Positions 50,001 to 61,243 are shown, counted from the stretch's first letter. The stretch: DNA of 64,000 nucleotides from Yuukianura sp. NJ FZ-2021 (GCA_046563655.1 JAJCTO010000011.1:682001-746000), one strand, 5' to 3'. The notes: generated by a model not told the origin, from the sequence alone. Numbers and translations are program-made.

Positions 50001-53000
50001 TGCGACAACTAGTGTGTTCCTAAGTAAAACACAGTAGCAGTTGGAGGTCAAATGTAACCAACAACGAGTACAAGCATGATATTCAGCTGTCATGACTAGA
50101 GATAAAAATTTTTACATGTTGGCGTCATTGGGTCGTTCTGCAAAATTTTCTTTTAGTGCAATCGAGACGTGCCAGGAATCGACATGTGGCGAAAAGTGCG
50201 ACAACTAGTGTGTTCCTAAGTAAAACACAGTAGCAGTTGGAGGTCAAATGTAACCAACAACGAGTACAAGCATGATATTCAGCTGTCATGACTAGAGATA
50301 AAAATTTTTACATGTTGGCGTGATTGGGTCGTTCTGCAAAATTTTCTTTTAGTGCAACCGAGAGGTGCCAGGAATCGACATGTGGCGAAAAGTGCGACAA
50401 CTAGTGTGTTCCTAAGTAAAACACAGTAGCAGTTAGAGGTCAAATGTAACCAACAACGAGTACAAGCATGATATTCAGCTGTCATGACTAGAGATAAAAA
50501 TTTTTAGATGTTGGCGTCATGGGGTCGTTCTGCAAAATTTTCTTTTAGTGCAACCGAGAGGTGCCAGGAATCGACATGTGGCGAAAAGTGCGACAACTAG
50601 TGTGTTCCTAAGTAAAACACAGTAGCAGTTAGAGGTCAAATGTAACCAACAACGAGTACAAGCATGATATTCAGCTGTCATGACTAGAGATAAAAATTTT
50701 TACATGTTGGCGTCATGGGGTCGTTCTGCAAAATTTTCTTTTAGTGCAATCGAGAGGTGCCATGAATCGACATGTGGCGAAAAGTGCGACAACTAGTGTG
50801 TTCCTAAGTAAAACACAGTAGCAGTTAAAGGTCAAATGTAACCAACAACGAGTACAAGCATGATATTCAGCTGTCATGACTAGAGATAAAAATTTTTACA
50901 TGTTGGCGTCATTGGGTCGTTCTGCAAAATTTTCTTTTAGTGCAACCGAGAGGTGCCAGGAATCCACATGTGGCGAAAAGTGCGACAACTAGTGTGTTCC
51001 TAAGTAAAACACAGTAGCAGTTAGAGGTCAAATGTAACCAACAACGAGTACAAGCATGATATTCAGCTGTCATGACTAGAGATAAAAATTTTTAGATGTT
51101 GGCGTCATGGGGTCGTTCTGCAAAATTTTCTTTTAGTGCAATCGAGAGGTGCCAGGAATCGACATGTGGCGAAAAATGCGACAACTAGTGTGTTCCTAAG
51201 TAAAACACAGTAGCAGTTGGAGGTCAAATGTAACCAACAACGAGTACAAGCATGATATTCAGCTGTCATGACTAGAGATAAAAATTTTTACATGTTGGCG
51301 TGATTGGGTCGTTCTGCAAAATTTTCTTTTAGTGCAACCGAGAGGTGCCAGGAATCGACATGTGGCGAAAAGTGCGACAACTAGTGTGTTCCTAAGTAAA
51401 ACACAGTAGCAGTTAGAGGTCAAATGTAACCAACAACGAGTACAAGCATGATATTCAGCTGTCATGACTAGAGATAAAAATTTTTACATGTTGGCGTCAT
51501 GGGGTCGTTCTGCAAAATTTTCTTTTAGTGCAATCGAGAGGTGCCATGAATCGACATGTGGCGAAAAGTGCGACAACTAGTGTGTTCCTAAGTAAAACAC
51601 AGTAACAGTTAGAGGTCAAATGTAACCAACAACGAGTACAAGCATGATATTCAGCTGTCATGACTAGAGATAAAAATTTTTAGATGTTGGCGTCATGGGG
51701 TCGTTCTGCAAAATTTTCTTTTAGTGCAATCGAGAGGTGCCAGGAATCGACATGTGGCGAAAAATGCGACAACTAGTGTGTTCCTAAGTAAAACACAGTA
51801 GCAGTTGGAGGTCAAATGTAACCAACAACGAGTACAAGCATGATATTCAGCTGTCATGACTAGAGATAAAAATTTTTACATGTTGGCGTGATTGGGTCGT
51901 TCTGCAAAATTTTCTTTTAGTGCAACCGAGAGGTGCCAGGAATCCACATGTGGCGAAAAGTGCGACAACTAGTGTGTTCCTAAGTAAAACACAGTAGCAG
52001 TTAGAGGTCAAATGTAACCAACAACGAGTACAAGCATGATATTCAGCTGTCATGACTAGAGATAAAAATTTTTACATGTTGGCGTCATGGGGTCGTTCTG
52101 CAAAATTTTCTTTTAGTGCAATCGAGAGGTGCCAGGAATCGACATGTGGCGAAAAGTGCGACAACTAGTGTGTTCCTAAGTAAAACACAGTAGCAGTTGG
52201 AGGTCAAATGTAACCAACAACGAGTACAAGCATGATATTCAGCTGTCATGACTAGAGATAAAAATTTTTACATGTTGGCGTCATGGGGTCGTTCTGCAAA
52301 ATTTTCTTTTAGTGCAACCGAGAGGTGCCAGGAATCGACATGTGGCGAAAAGTGCGACAACTAGTGTGTTCCTAAGTAAAACACAGTAGCAGTTAGAGGT
52401 CAAATGTAACCAACAACGAGTACAAGCATGATATTCAGCTGTCATGACTAGAGATAAAATTTTTTACATGTTGGCGTCATGGGGTCGTTCTGCAAAATTT
52501 TCTTTTAGTGCAATCGAGAGGTGCCATGAATCGACATGTGGCGAAAAGTGCGACAACTAGTGTGTTCCTAAGTAAAACACAGTAGCAGTTAGAGGTCAAA
52601 TGTAACCAACAACGAGTACAAGCATGATATTCAGCTGTCATGACTAGAGATAAAAATTTTTAGATGTTGGCGTCATGGGGTCGTTCTGCAAAATTTTCTT
52701 TTAGTGCAATCGAGAGGTGCCAGGAATCGACATGTGGCGAAAAGTGCGACAACTAGTGTGTTTTAAAGTAAAACACAGTAGCAGTTGGAGGTCAAATGTA
52801 ACCAACAACGAGTACAAGCATGATATTCAGCTGTCATGACTAGAGATAAAAATTTTTACATGTTGGCGTCATGGGGTCGTTCTGCAAAATTTTCTTTTAG
52901 TGCAACCGAGAGGTGCCAGGAATCGACATGTGGCGAAAAGTGCGACAACTAGTGTGTTCCTAAGTAAAACACAGTAGCAGTTAGAGGTCAAATGTAACCA

Positions 53001-55663
53001 ACAACGAGTACAAGCATGATATTCAGCTGTCATGACTAGAGATAAAAATTTTTACATGTTGGCGTCATGGGGTCGTTCTGCAAAATTTTCTTTTAGTGCA
53101 ACCGAGAGGTGCCAGGAATCGACATGTGGCGAAAAGTGCGACAACTAGTGTGTTCCTAAGTAAAACACAGTAGCAGTTAGAGGTCAAATGTAACCAACAA
53201 CGAGTACAAGCATGATATTCAGCTGTCATGACTAGAGATAAAATTTTTTACATGTTGGCGTCATGGGGTCGTTCTGCAAAATTTTCTTTTAGTGCAATCG
53301 AGAGGTGCCAGGAATCGACATGTGGCGAAAAGTGCGACAACTAGTGTGTTCCTAAGTAAAACACAGTAGCAGTTGGAGGTCAAATGTAACCAACAACGAG
53401 TACAAGCATGATATTCAGCTGTCATGACTAGAGATAAACATTTTTACATGTTGGCGTGATTGGGTCGTTCTGCAAAATTTTCTTTTAGTGCAACCGAGAG
53501 GTGCCAGGAATCGACATGTGGCGAAAAGTGCGACAACTAGTGTGTTCCTAAGTAAAACACAGTAGCAGTTAGAGGTCAAATGTAACCAACAACGAGTACA
53601 AGCATGATATTCAGCTGTCATGACTAGAGATAAAAATTTTTAGATGTTGGCGTCATGGGGTCGTTCTGCAAAATTTTCTTTTAGTGCAATCGAGAGGTGC
53701 CAGGAATCGACATGTGGCGAAAAGTGCGACAACTAGTGTGTTCCTAAGTAAAACACAGTAGCAGTTGGAGGTCAAATGTAACCAACAACGAGTACAAGCA
53801 TGATATTCAGCTGTCATGACTAGAGATAAAAATTTTTACATGTTGGCGTCATGGGGTCGTTCTGCAAAATTTTCTTTTAGTGCAACCGAGAGGTGCCAGG
53901 AATCGACATGTGGCGAAAAGTGCGACAACTAGTGTGTTCCTAAGTAAAACACAGTAGCAGTTAGAGGTCAAATGTAACCAACAACGAGTACAAGCATGAT
54001 ATTCAGCTGTCATGACTAGAGATAAAATTTTTTACATGTTGGCGTCATGGGGTCGTTCTGCAAAATTTTCTTTTAGTGCAATCGAGAGGTGCCATGAATC
54101 GACATGTGGCGAAAAGTGCGACAACTAGTGTGTTCCTAAGTAAAACACAGTAGCAGTTAGAGGTCAAATGTAACCAACAACGAGTACAAGCATGATATTC
54201 AGCTGTCATGACTAGAGATAAAAATTTTTAGATGTTGGCGTCATGGGGTCGTTCTGCAAAATTTTCTTTTAGTGCAACCGAGAGGTGCCAGGAATCGACA
54301 TGTGGCGAAAAGTGCGACAACTAGTGTGTTCCTAAGTAAAACACAGTAGCAGTTGGAGGTCAAATGTAACCAACAACGAGTACAAGCATGATATTCAGCT
54401 GTCATGACTAGAGATAAAAATTTTTACATGTTGGCGTGATTGGGTCGTTCTGCAAAATTTTCTTTTAGTGCAACCGAGAGGTGCCAGGAATCGACATGTG
54501 GCGAAAAGTGCGACAACTAGTGTGTTCCTAAGTAAAACACAGTAGCAGTTAGAGGTCAAATGTAACCAACAACGAGTACAAGCATGATATTCAGCTGTCA
54601 TGACTAGAGATAAAAATTTTTACATGTTGGCGTCATGGGGTCGTTCTGCAAAATTTTCTTTTAGTGCAACCGAGAGGTGCCAGGAATCGACATGTGGCGA
54701 AAAGTGCGACAACTAGTGTGTTCCTAAGTAAAACACAGTAGCAGTTAGAGGTCAAATGTAACCAACAACGAGTACAAGCATGATATTCAGCTGTCATGAC
54801 TAGAGATAAAAATTTTTACATGTTGGCGTCATGGGGTCGTTCTGCAAAATTTTCTTTTAGTGCAATCGAGAGGTGCCAGGAATCCACATGTGGCGAAAAG
54901 TGCGACAACTAGTGTGTTCCTAAGTAAAACACAGTAGCAGTTAGAGGTCAAATGTAACCAACAACGAGTACAAGCATGATATTCAGCTGTCATGACTAGA
55001 GATAAAAATTTTTACATGTTGGCGTCATTGGGTCGTTCTGCAAAATTTTCTTTTAGTGCAATCGAGACGTGCCAGGAATCGACATGTGGCGAAAAGTGCG
55101 ACAACTAGTGTGTTCCTAAGTAAAACACAGTAGCAGTCAGAGGTCAAATGTAACCAACAACGAGTACAAGCATGATATTCAGCTGTCATGACTAGAGATA
55201 ATAATTTTTACATGTTGGCGACATTGGGTCGTTCTGCAAAATTTTCTTTTAGTGCAATCGATAGGTGCCAGGAATCGACATGTGGCGAAAAGTGCGACAA
55301 CTAGTGTGTTCCTAAGTAAAACACAGTAGCAGTTAGAGGTCAAATGTAACCAACAACGTGTACAAGCATGATATTCAGCTGTCATGACTAGAGATAAAAA
55401 TTTTTACATGTTGGCGTCATGGGGTCGTTCTGCAAAATTTTCTTTTAGTGCAATCGAGAGGTGCCAGGAATCGACATGTGGCGAAAAGTACGACAACTAG
55501 TGTGTTCCTAAGTAAAACACAGTAGCAGTTAGAGGTCAAATGTAACCAACAACGAGTACAAGCATGATATTCAGTTGTCATGACTAGAGATAAAAATTTT
55601 TACATGTTGGCGTCATTGGGTCGTTCTGCAAAATTTTCTTTTAGTGCAACCGAGAGGTGCCAG
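38087..55663. repeat. 196-bp tandem satellite array, right block (~90 monomers)
   Basis: Same monomer and orientation; ends at ...GAGGTGCCAG (55663), where LTR sequence starts. Confidence 0.99.
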
Positions 55664-56107
55664 TGTCGGAGTTCTAGCGAACTCCTGGTAATTTGAGGAA
55701 GAAAGTGGGCGAAAACGAACAAGACGAGCAGTTGGATTTTTTGGGGCTTTCGCCCTTTTATTAAAAAAGAAAGAAAAGAAGTGATGGAGACAGTAGTTTC
55801 GATTATTGTTTCGAATTGGAAGAATCTGACTTTTACAACTAGAAGTTGATAGTAGGGGAGCAAAAGACAGACTGAGGTTGGTGGGGCAGGGGAGTCTTGA
55901 CATGGGCTGCTGAGTGACCTTGGTCACTCGTCAGCTCATGAACACAAAATGCTTCACCTTGTGACATGGACCATGTCACAAGGCATAGCACTAAGACAGG
56001 CTTTAGAGCCTGTAAGACTCGAGAAAAGAAAGAATTTTAATTTAATTAGTGGAGGGGTTGACCAAGGTCAAGCGGCTATTGGCTTGGCCTTGTCAATTCC
56101 TCCAACA
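55664..56107 (-). repeat. Inferred 3' LTR of Bel/Pao element 2 (444 bp)
   Basis: Termini TGTCGGAG...CTCCAACA form a 7/8 inverted repeat. It abuts the PPT and has a minus-strand AATAAA at 55757-55762. No second LTR in the window to confirm. Confidence 0.82.
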
Positions 56108-56116
56108 CTCCCGGCC
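56108..56116 (-). promoter_or_regulatory. Polypurine-tract-like plus-strand primer of element 2
   Basis: Minus strand GGCCGGGAG immediately before TGTTGGAG. Confidence 0.7.
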
Positions 56117-56324
56117 CTTGGTGGATTGAAGATCCACCAAGAAATTTTGGAAAATGATAGCTGCAGTGGAAAGTGGAAATGGAAATGGAGTGATGGAGAA
56201 AAAGCCAACCCTAGGAAATGAAATTGTAAATTTTGTAAATTTGTAAATAATTAATTAGGTAAATTTAAAGTAAATTTATAATTTACTTTACTCGAATTGG
56301 AAAAAAAGAAAAGAAAACTTAAAG

Positions 56325-59300
56325 TTATTGAAGAGTGGTGTAGTTGGAGATGACTTCGTCGTCCAATGGAAGTGGGGAAAGTTTGGTAATGGGGCGGTGG
56401 AAGATCTTGTACGGTTTTCCATCCGGTTTGGCGGGATCAGGTGGGACAGGAATGCGCACATCGCAGCTGCGCACAAGTCCGTCCTTCCCTGGGAAAACGG
56501 CCTCGATTCTTCCAAGCGTCCAGCGTTGTGGTCCAATGGAGGAATCAGCGTCATGGAGTAGCACGAGCATGTCCTTGGAGATGTTCGGCTTGGAGTCAAG
56601 CCACTTTCCCTTTTGCTGGAGAGTGTGGAGGTAATCCAACTTCCAGCGTTTGAACAAATGTTGGGTCATCTGTTGGACGTGTTGCCAGCGGGAACTGTGA
56701 CTTTTCATCCAAGTGACGTCTTCCTCGGTCACTTCTCTTGGTCCGCGTAGGGTGAGGAAGTGAAATGGTGTTAGCACCTGGAAGTCGTCTGGAGAGTCGG
56801 AGAGTGGAGTAAGTGGTCTGGAGTTGAGGTTGGCAGAGGTTCTGGCTAGCAGAGTCACGAACTCTTCAATGGAAGGGTGGTGACCTTGGGTGACCTTAGC
56901 AAGGTTTGTCTTCATACTTTTCACGGCTGCTTCCCAAATGCCGCCGTGATGTGGTCCGTAGGGTGGTGAAAAGTGAAAGTTGATGCTTTCACCTAAGCAG
57001 AAGAGGTTGACCTTGTTGAGGTGTTGTGGAGAGGTGATGAGACGCTGGAGTTCGGCCATCTCATTTTTGGCGCCAAGGAAATTTCTGCCTCCGTCGCAGA
57101 AAATGTCGGATGGTGCATTTCGGATTGAAATGAAGCGTTGGAAGGCGGAGAGAAAGTCTGGAGTGCTGAGTCCTCCAGAAAATTCCAGATGAATGGCCTT
57201 GGTGGCCATACAAATAAAAACACAGACATACGCTTTGAGCATGCGCGGTTTCCTTCCAGTGGTGGCAGCGACTTCAAACGGACCTGCGTAGTCCGTTCCG
57301 ACTTTCACAAAGGGAAAGTCGTTTGTGACGCGAGCAGGAGGAAGTTGACCCATGAGTTGGAGACTTGGCTGTGGGTTGACCTTGAAGCACTGGATGCAGC
57401 GGCGGTAAACCCATTTGCAGAGGTCATGACCCCGTTGAATCCAGAACTCGGTCCGGACAAGAGAAAGGAGCAACTTCGGTCCCTTGTGCAGGTGGTGTTG
57501 GTGAAAGTCGCGAAAAATGGCCAAAACGAAAGCGTTGATTTGTTGTTGTGCCGTGTTGCTCGGGCGACGACGGAATTTTGGAAGTAAGATGGGGTGACGC
57601 ATGTGGAAATTGATTGGTGACTGTTGGAGACGTCCACCAACTCGGAGTACTCCGTTTTCGTCCAAAAACGGAGACAAAAAACGAAGTTTGGTTTTGGCGG
57701 GCTTTTTGTGACATTGGGCACAAAAATTAATTTCGGATGAAAAAGCCAAAACTTGAACACACTTCACCAAAGGGATCACTGCGTCCTTGATTTCCTTTGG
57801 AGTGATGTAGATTTGGAGGGGCGTGGCTACCGTTGACACCAATTTGGATTTGACCCTGTCAACACACCGTTGTCGTAGTTGTGTTTTATAGCGTAACCAG
57901 TACGCTATGAGCCTTTTCATTTTTTGAAAAGACGAAACGGTGGTGATGAGTCGGAGTAGGCAGGAGTTGACGTAGTCAATTCCTGTAGAAGTGGAAGTGA
58001 CGAATGACGTCACGGATTTGGTGTACGGTTGTGGTGGCAGTTCATCTGTCAGCAGAAAGGTGGGCCCGTGTAGCCAAAGTTCACTGGTTAGGAGTTGGTT
58101 GGATGTGAGTCCCCGAGTAGGCAGATCGGCAGGATTCAGTCCGCCTGGGACATGAAACCAATGGAGTTGCGCAATGGAATTCTTGATCTTGCGCACTCGG
58201 TTCAACACAAACACGGATTGTTTTTCGGTGGAGAACAGTTGGCCTAACGCACCAGTGGAATCCGTAAAGCAGAGGAAATTTTCAATTTTGATTTTGGTTG
58301 GAGAAAGTGCAGTGGCAATGGAGTTCACTAAAGTGGTGAGGAGCACTGCACTGCACAATTCCAATTTTGGAGTGGTTTCCCCGGCTACTGGAGCAACTCG
58401 GGTTTTGGCGGCAACTAACTCCACTTTCACTTCTCCATTTTGAATGGAGCGAAGATATGCGCATGCGCAGTACGCTTGAGTACTGGCATCGCAAAACCCA
58501 ATTAGGTCGTAGTGAGTGTCGGCGGGAGAGAAAGTGGCGAAAGTCAAACACCGTGGAATTCGGAATTTTTTGAGGAGGGAAAGTTCACTGCAGTACTTTT
58601 CCCATTTTTTGAAAATGTGAAGTGGGATTGGCTCGTCCCATGTCAATTTGAGCTTCCATAGCTCTTGGAGGATGATTTTGGGAATTATGGTGACGGGAGC
58701 GAGCCAATTGAGAGGGTCAAACACCTTGGCGGTATGCGACAAAACTTCACGTTTGGTTGCTTGGGTAACTTTTGGGGGGTCACATATTTTTACGCCAAAA
58801 GTGTCGGAGTGTGGATGCCAAAAGAGTCCAATGGTTTTGATGGACTCATCTTCCTGGATGTTGAGGGAGAAAGTTTCACGTTCGGGGGTGGGAATGGAGC
58901 TTAACACTTCCGGGTGATTAGAGCACCATTTTTGCAGCGGAAACTTTCCCTGGTTGAGAACTGTTGTCACTTGGGACTTCAGTTCCATTGCTTCTTCCAT
59001 CGTCGTAGCCCCAGAGAGCAAGTTATCGACGAGAAAGTCGCTGGTGATGGCTGAATGTGCAAGTGGGAATTCGGCTTTAGCGTCTTCCCCCAGTTGGCGT
59101 AATACTCGGATCGCCAAAAACGGAGCCGATGTTACGCCAAAAATTACCCGGTTGAATCGGAGATCGGTGAAAGTGTGATCCGGGGACTTTCTCCACACGA
59201 AGCGTTGAAAGTCCGAATGGTCTGGATGCACTTTCACTTGATGGTAGAATTTTACAATGTCCGCAGACAATGCAATTTGGTGAGAGCGGAACCGAGTAAG

Positions 59301-61241
59301 AAGCGGATGGAGATCGGTTTGGATTTTTGGTCCAGGCAGGAGGAGCGAGTTCAAACTTTCACCGGAAGTGGTCTTCGCGGAAGCGTTGAACACAATACGC
59401 ACTTTGGTGGTGGTGTTTTCGGGTTTCACTACCACGTGATGTGGTATGTAGTAAGGTCGGAGTGTACACTCGGCTTTAGCCACATTTCTCACTTTCACTT
59501 TTTCGGTGGGTTGGAGTGGTGGGACGACTTCAACCCATTTGTTGAAAATAAAATTTTCAATTTGGGTGTGGTAATTTTCCTGGAGAGCTGGATCCTTTTC
59601 CAGTTGTCTCTCCAGTGAGCGGAAGCAGGAAACTGCTTTTTGGCGAGATTCCCCCAGAACCCCAGCATTAGTGGAGAAAGGGAGGTTGACCTCGTAGCGG
59701 CCTTCGGAGTCGCGGGTGAAAGTGGAGAGAAAGTGATCCTCGCACTGTTGGTCACTGGAAGTGAGATTTGAGGAAGTGGGAGTTGGTTCTTCCAATTCCC
59801 AAAATTTTTGAAGTGACAATTCCAAACACTGGTCACTGACTGAACACGTAGAATGGAATGATGTGGCAAAAAAATTTGAAACTGACACTTGGGTTGGAGC
59901 ACTTCCACTCAAGTACCAACCGAATTTTGTATTTTGGGCAATCGGTGTACCCGGGAGTCCTCTGCGAAGTCCCGGAAGTTTGATTAGTGCTTCCACTTCC
60001 GCTCCGAAGAGAATGTCCACGTGAGCGGGAGAGTGAAAGATCGGATCGGAGAGGGTGAGACCCTCTAGATGTGGAAAGTTGACTTGGCACTTTTCTCTGG
60101 GGAGGTGACCCGTCAACTTAGGAAGAACAAGTGCTTTCACTGGGAGTGAAAATGTGGTTGAAGTGGAGTGGGCAACGAACGACACAAGTCCACGAGAAAA
60201 GTCACTTTTGGAACCACCAATACCAGTAATGTTCACACAGGAGTGTTGTCTGGGCAACCCCAACCGACACATGAAATTTTCAGAAACAAAATTTGTATCT
60301 GATCCTGGGTCTAAAAAGACTCGGCATGGTTGGAGGTTACCATTGGCGTCACACACATTCACTATTAAAGTGGCCATGAGCACTACACTGTCACTGGAGA
60401 ACGGAGCTGTGGAGTGAAGAGAGGTGACGTCATCTGGTGGGGCTGATTTGGTGGCACTGGTGGATGGAGTGGAGTGACTCTCTTTTGGTTTTGAGTTGGA
60501 GTGACCTTGACTCTGGTGTGAGTCAGGCTTAGAGGACGTGGTGTCCTTGGAGTCAAACTTATGCAGAGACGGATGATGTTTTTTGTTGCAATGTCTGCAG
60601 AAAGTTTTGTAAAAACAATCTGCAGTGGAATGTCCATGACGAAGGCACAAGTTGCATAATTTGCATTTGTGCACAAACGTCCATTTGTCGTTGAGTGACA
60701 GACCTTGAAATTCCGGGCAATGGAATAGGCGGTGGTCGGATGAACACTTTGGACATTTTGTTGGTAGCGGTTGTTTGCCCTGGGTGGCGTTGACACTGTG
60801 GGTGGCGTTGACATGGTGCGTAGCGGATGTGGTGGGTGGTCTGACCTTGGAATGTTTTGTTGGTTCCGAGAGAGCACTGGATCGGCGTTCGAGGAATTCC
60901 AGAAATTCCGAAAGAACTGGGAGGTTATCGTCTTCTGAAAGCAGCCACTGCTTTCGTGTTTCTGCGTCTAACTTTGTTTGGACCCAGTAAACAATGAAGA
61001 CGTCCCATTGGTCCACGGCCAGTCCCATTTGTTTGAGCGAAATTGAAGTTTGGTTGACAAGGTCAATGACCCTCCGTAAGCCGGAAGTCGTGTCAGGAAC
61101 CGTCTGCAGTGAGAAGAGCTTCTGGAGGTGTGAAAAGGCGATTTCTCGCTTTTTGTTGTATCTCTTTTCCACCAACGCCCAAGCCTCTGTGAAACTTAGG
61201 TTGGTTGGCGGAAATGATGCTGCGATGGATGCTGCTTCTCC
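56325..61241 (-). CDS. Bel/Pao gag-pol polyprotein (5'-truncated by nested insertion)
   Basis: Uninterrupted frame of more than 1616 aa: three Cys/His knuckles, FLDPGS protease, YIPHH, KVRIVFNAS, ADIVKFY and FLVDN (RT), FCDAS (RNase H), GTDYAGP, CDGGRNF and GGIWEAAVKS (integrase). Confidence 0.96.
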   Translation of the reverse strand, partial: GEAASIAASFPPTNLSFTEAWALVEKRYNKKREIAFSHLQKLFSLQTVPDTTSGLRRVIDLVNQTSISLKQMGLAVDQWDVFIVYWVQTKLDAETRKQWLLSEDDNLPVLSEFLEFLERRSSALSEPTKHSKVRPPTTSATHHVNATHSVNATQGKQPLPTKCPKCSSDHRLFHCPEFQGLSLNDKWTFVHKCKLCNLCLRHGHSTADCFYKTFCRHCNKKHHPSLHKFDSKDTTSSKPDSHQSQGHSNSKPKESHSTPSTSATKSAPPDDVTSLHSTAPFSSDSVVLMATLIVNVCDANGNLQPCRVFLDPGSDTNFVSENFMCRLGLPRQHSCVNITGIGGSKSDFSRGLVSFVAHSTSTTFSLPVKALVLPKLTGHLPREKCQVNFPHLEGLTLSDPIFHSPAHVDILFGAEVEALIKLPGLRRGLPGTPIAQNTKFGWYLSGSAPTQVSVSNFFATSFHSTCSVSDQCLELSLQKFWELEEPTPTSSNLTSSDQQCEDHFLSTFTRDSEGRYEVNLPFSTNAGVLGESRQKAVSCFRSLERQLEKDPALQENYHTQIENFIFNKWVEVVPPLQPTEKVKVRNVAKAECTLRPYYIPHHVVVKPENTTTKVRIVFNASAKTTSGESLNSLLLPGPKIQTDLHPLLTRFRSHQIALSADIVKFYHQVKVHPDHSDFQRFVWRKSPDHTFTDLRFNRVIFGVTSAPFLAIRVLRQLGEDAKAEFPLAHSAITSDFLVDNLLSGATTMEEAMELKSQVTTVLNQGKFPLQKWCSNHPEVLSSIPTPERETFSLNIQEDESIKTIGLFWHPHSDTFGVKICDPPKVTQATKREVLSHTAKVFDPLNWLAPVTIIPKIILQELWKLKLTWDEPIPLHIFKKWEKYCSELSLLKKFRIPRCLTFATFSPADTHYDLIGFCDASTQAYCACAYLRSIQNGEVKVELVAAKTRVAPVAGETTPKLELCSAVLLTTLVNSIATALSPTKIKIENFLCFTDSTGALGQLFSTEKQSVFVLNRVRKIKNSIAQLHWFHVPGGLNPADLPTRGLTSNQLLTSELWLHGPTFLLTDELPPQPYTKSVTSFVTSTSTGIDYVNSCLLRLITTVSSFQKMKRLIAYWLRYKTQLRQRCVDRVKSKLVSTVATPLQIYITPKEIKDAVIPLVKCVQVLAFSSEINFCAQCHKKPAKTKLRFLSPFLDENGVLRVGGRLQQSPINFHMRHPILLPKFRRRPSNTAQQQINAFVLAIFRDFHQHHLHKGPKLLLSLVRTEFWIQRGHDLCKWVYRRCIQCFKVNPQPSLQLMGQLPPARVTNDFPFVKVGTDYAGPFEVAATTGRKPRMLKAYVCVFICMATKAIHLEFSGGLSTPDFLSAFQRFISIRNAPSDIFCDGGRNFLGAKNEMAELQRLITSPQHLNKVNLFCLGESINFHFSPPYGPHHGGIWEAAVKSMKTNLAKVTQGHHPSIEEFVTLLARTSANLNSRPLTPLSDSPDDFQVLTPFHFLTLRGPREVTEEDVTWMKSHSSRWQHVQQMTQHLFKRWKLDYLHTLQQKGKWLDSKPNISKDMLVLLHDADSSIGPQRWTLGRIEAVFPGKDGLVRSCDVRIPVPPDPAKPDGKPYKIFHRPITKLSPLPLDDEVISNYTTLQ

Positions 61242-61243
61242 TG

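Larger units (their letters stand above)
55664..61243 (-). mobile_element. Bel/Pao LTR retrotransposon element 2 (3' LTR plus most of gag-pol), interrupted in gag by a gypsy insertion
   Basis: Single long Bel/Pao ORF, PPT and LTR. The coding frame breaks at GEAASIAAS (gag), at the start of the gypsy LTR. Predicted TSD GCCAG (55659-55663); the partner copy is outside the window. Confidence 0.93.

Noticed and set aside
774..55385. Repeated 64-91 aa minus-strand ORFs (MTAEYHACTRCW...)
   Set aside because: They are translations of the satellite monomer that pass the length cut-off only when a SNP or indel removes a stop; no sign of coding function.
55600..55927. ORFs crossing the satellite/LTR junction
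   Set aside because: Chance read-through from LTR sequence into satellite.
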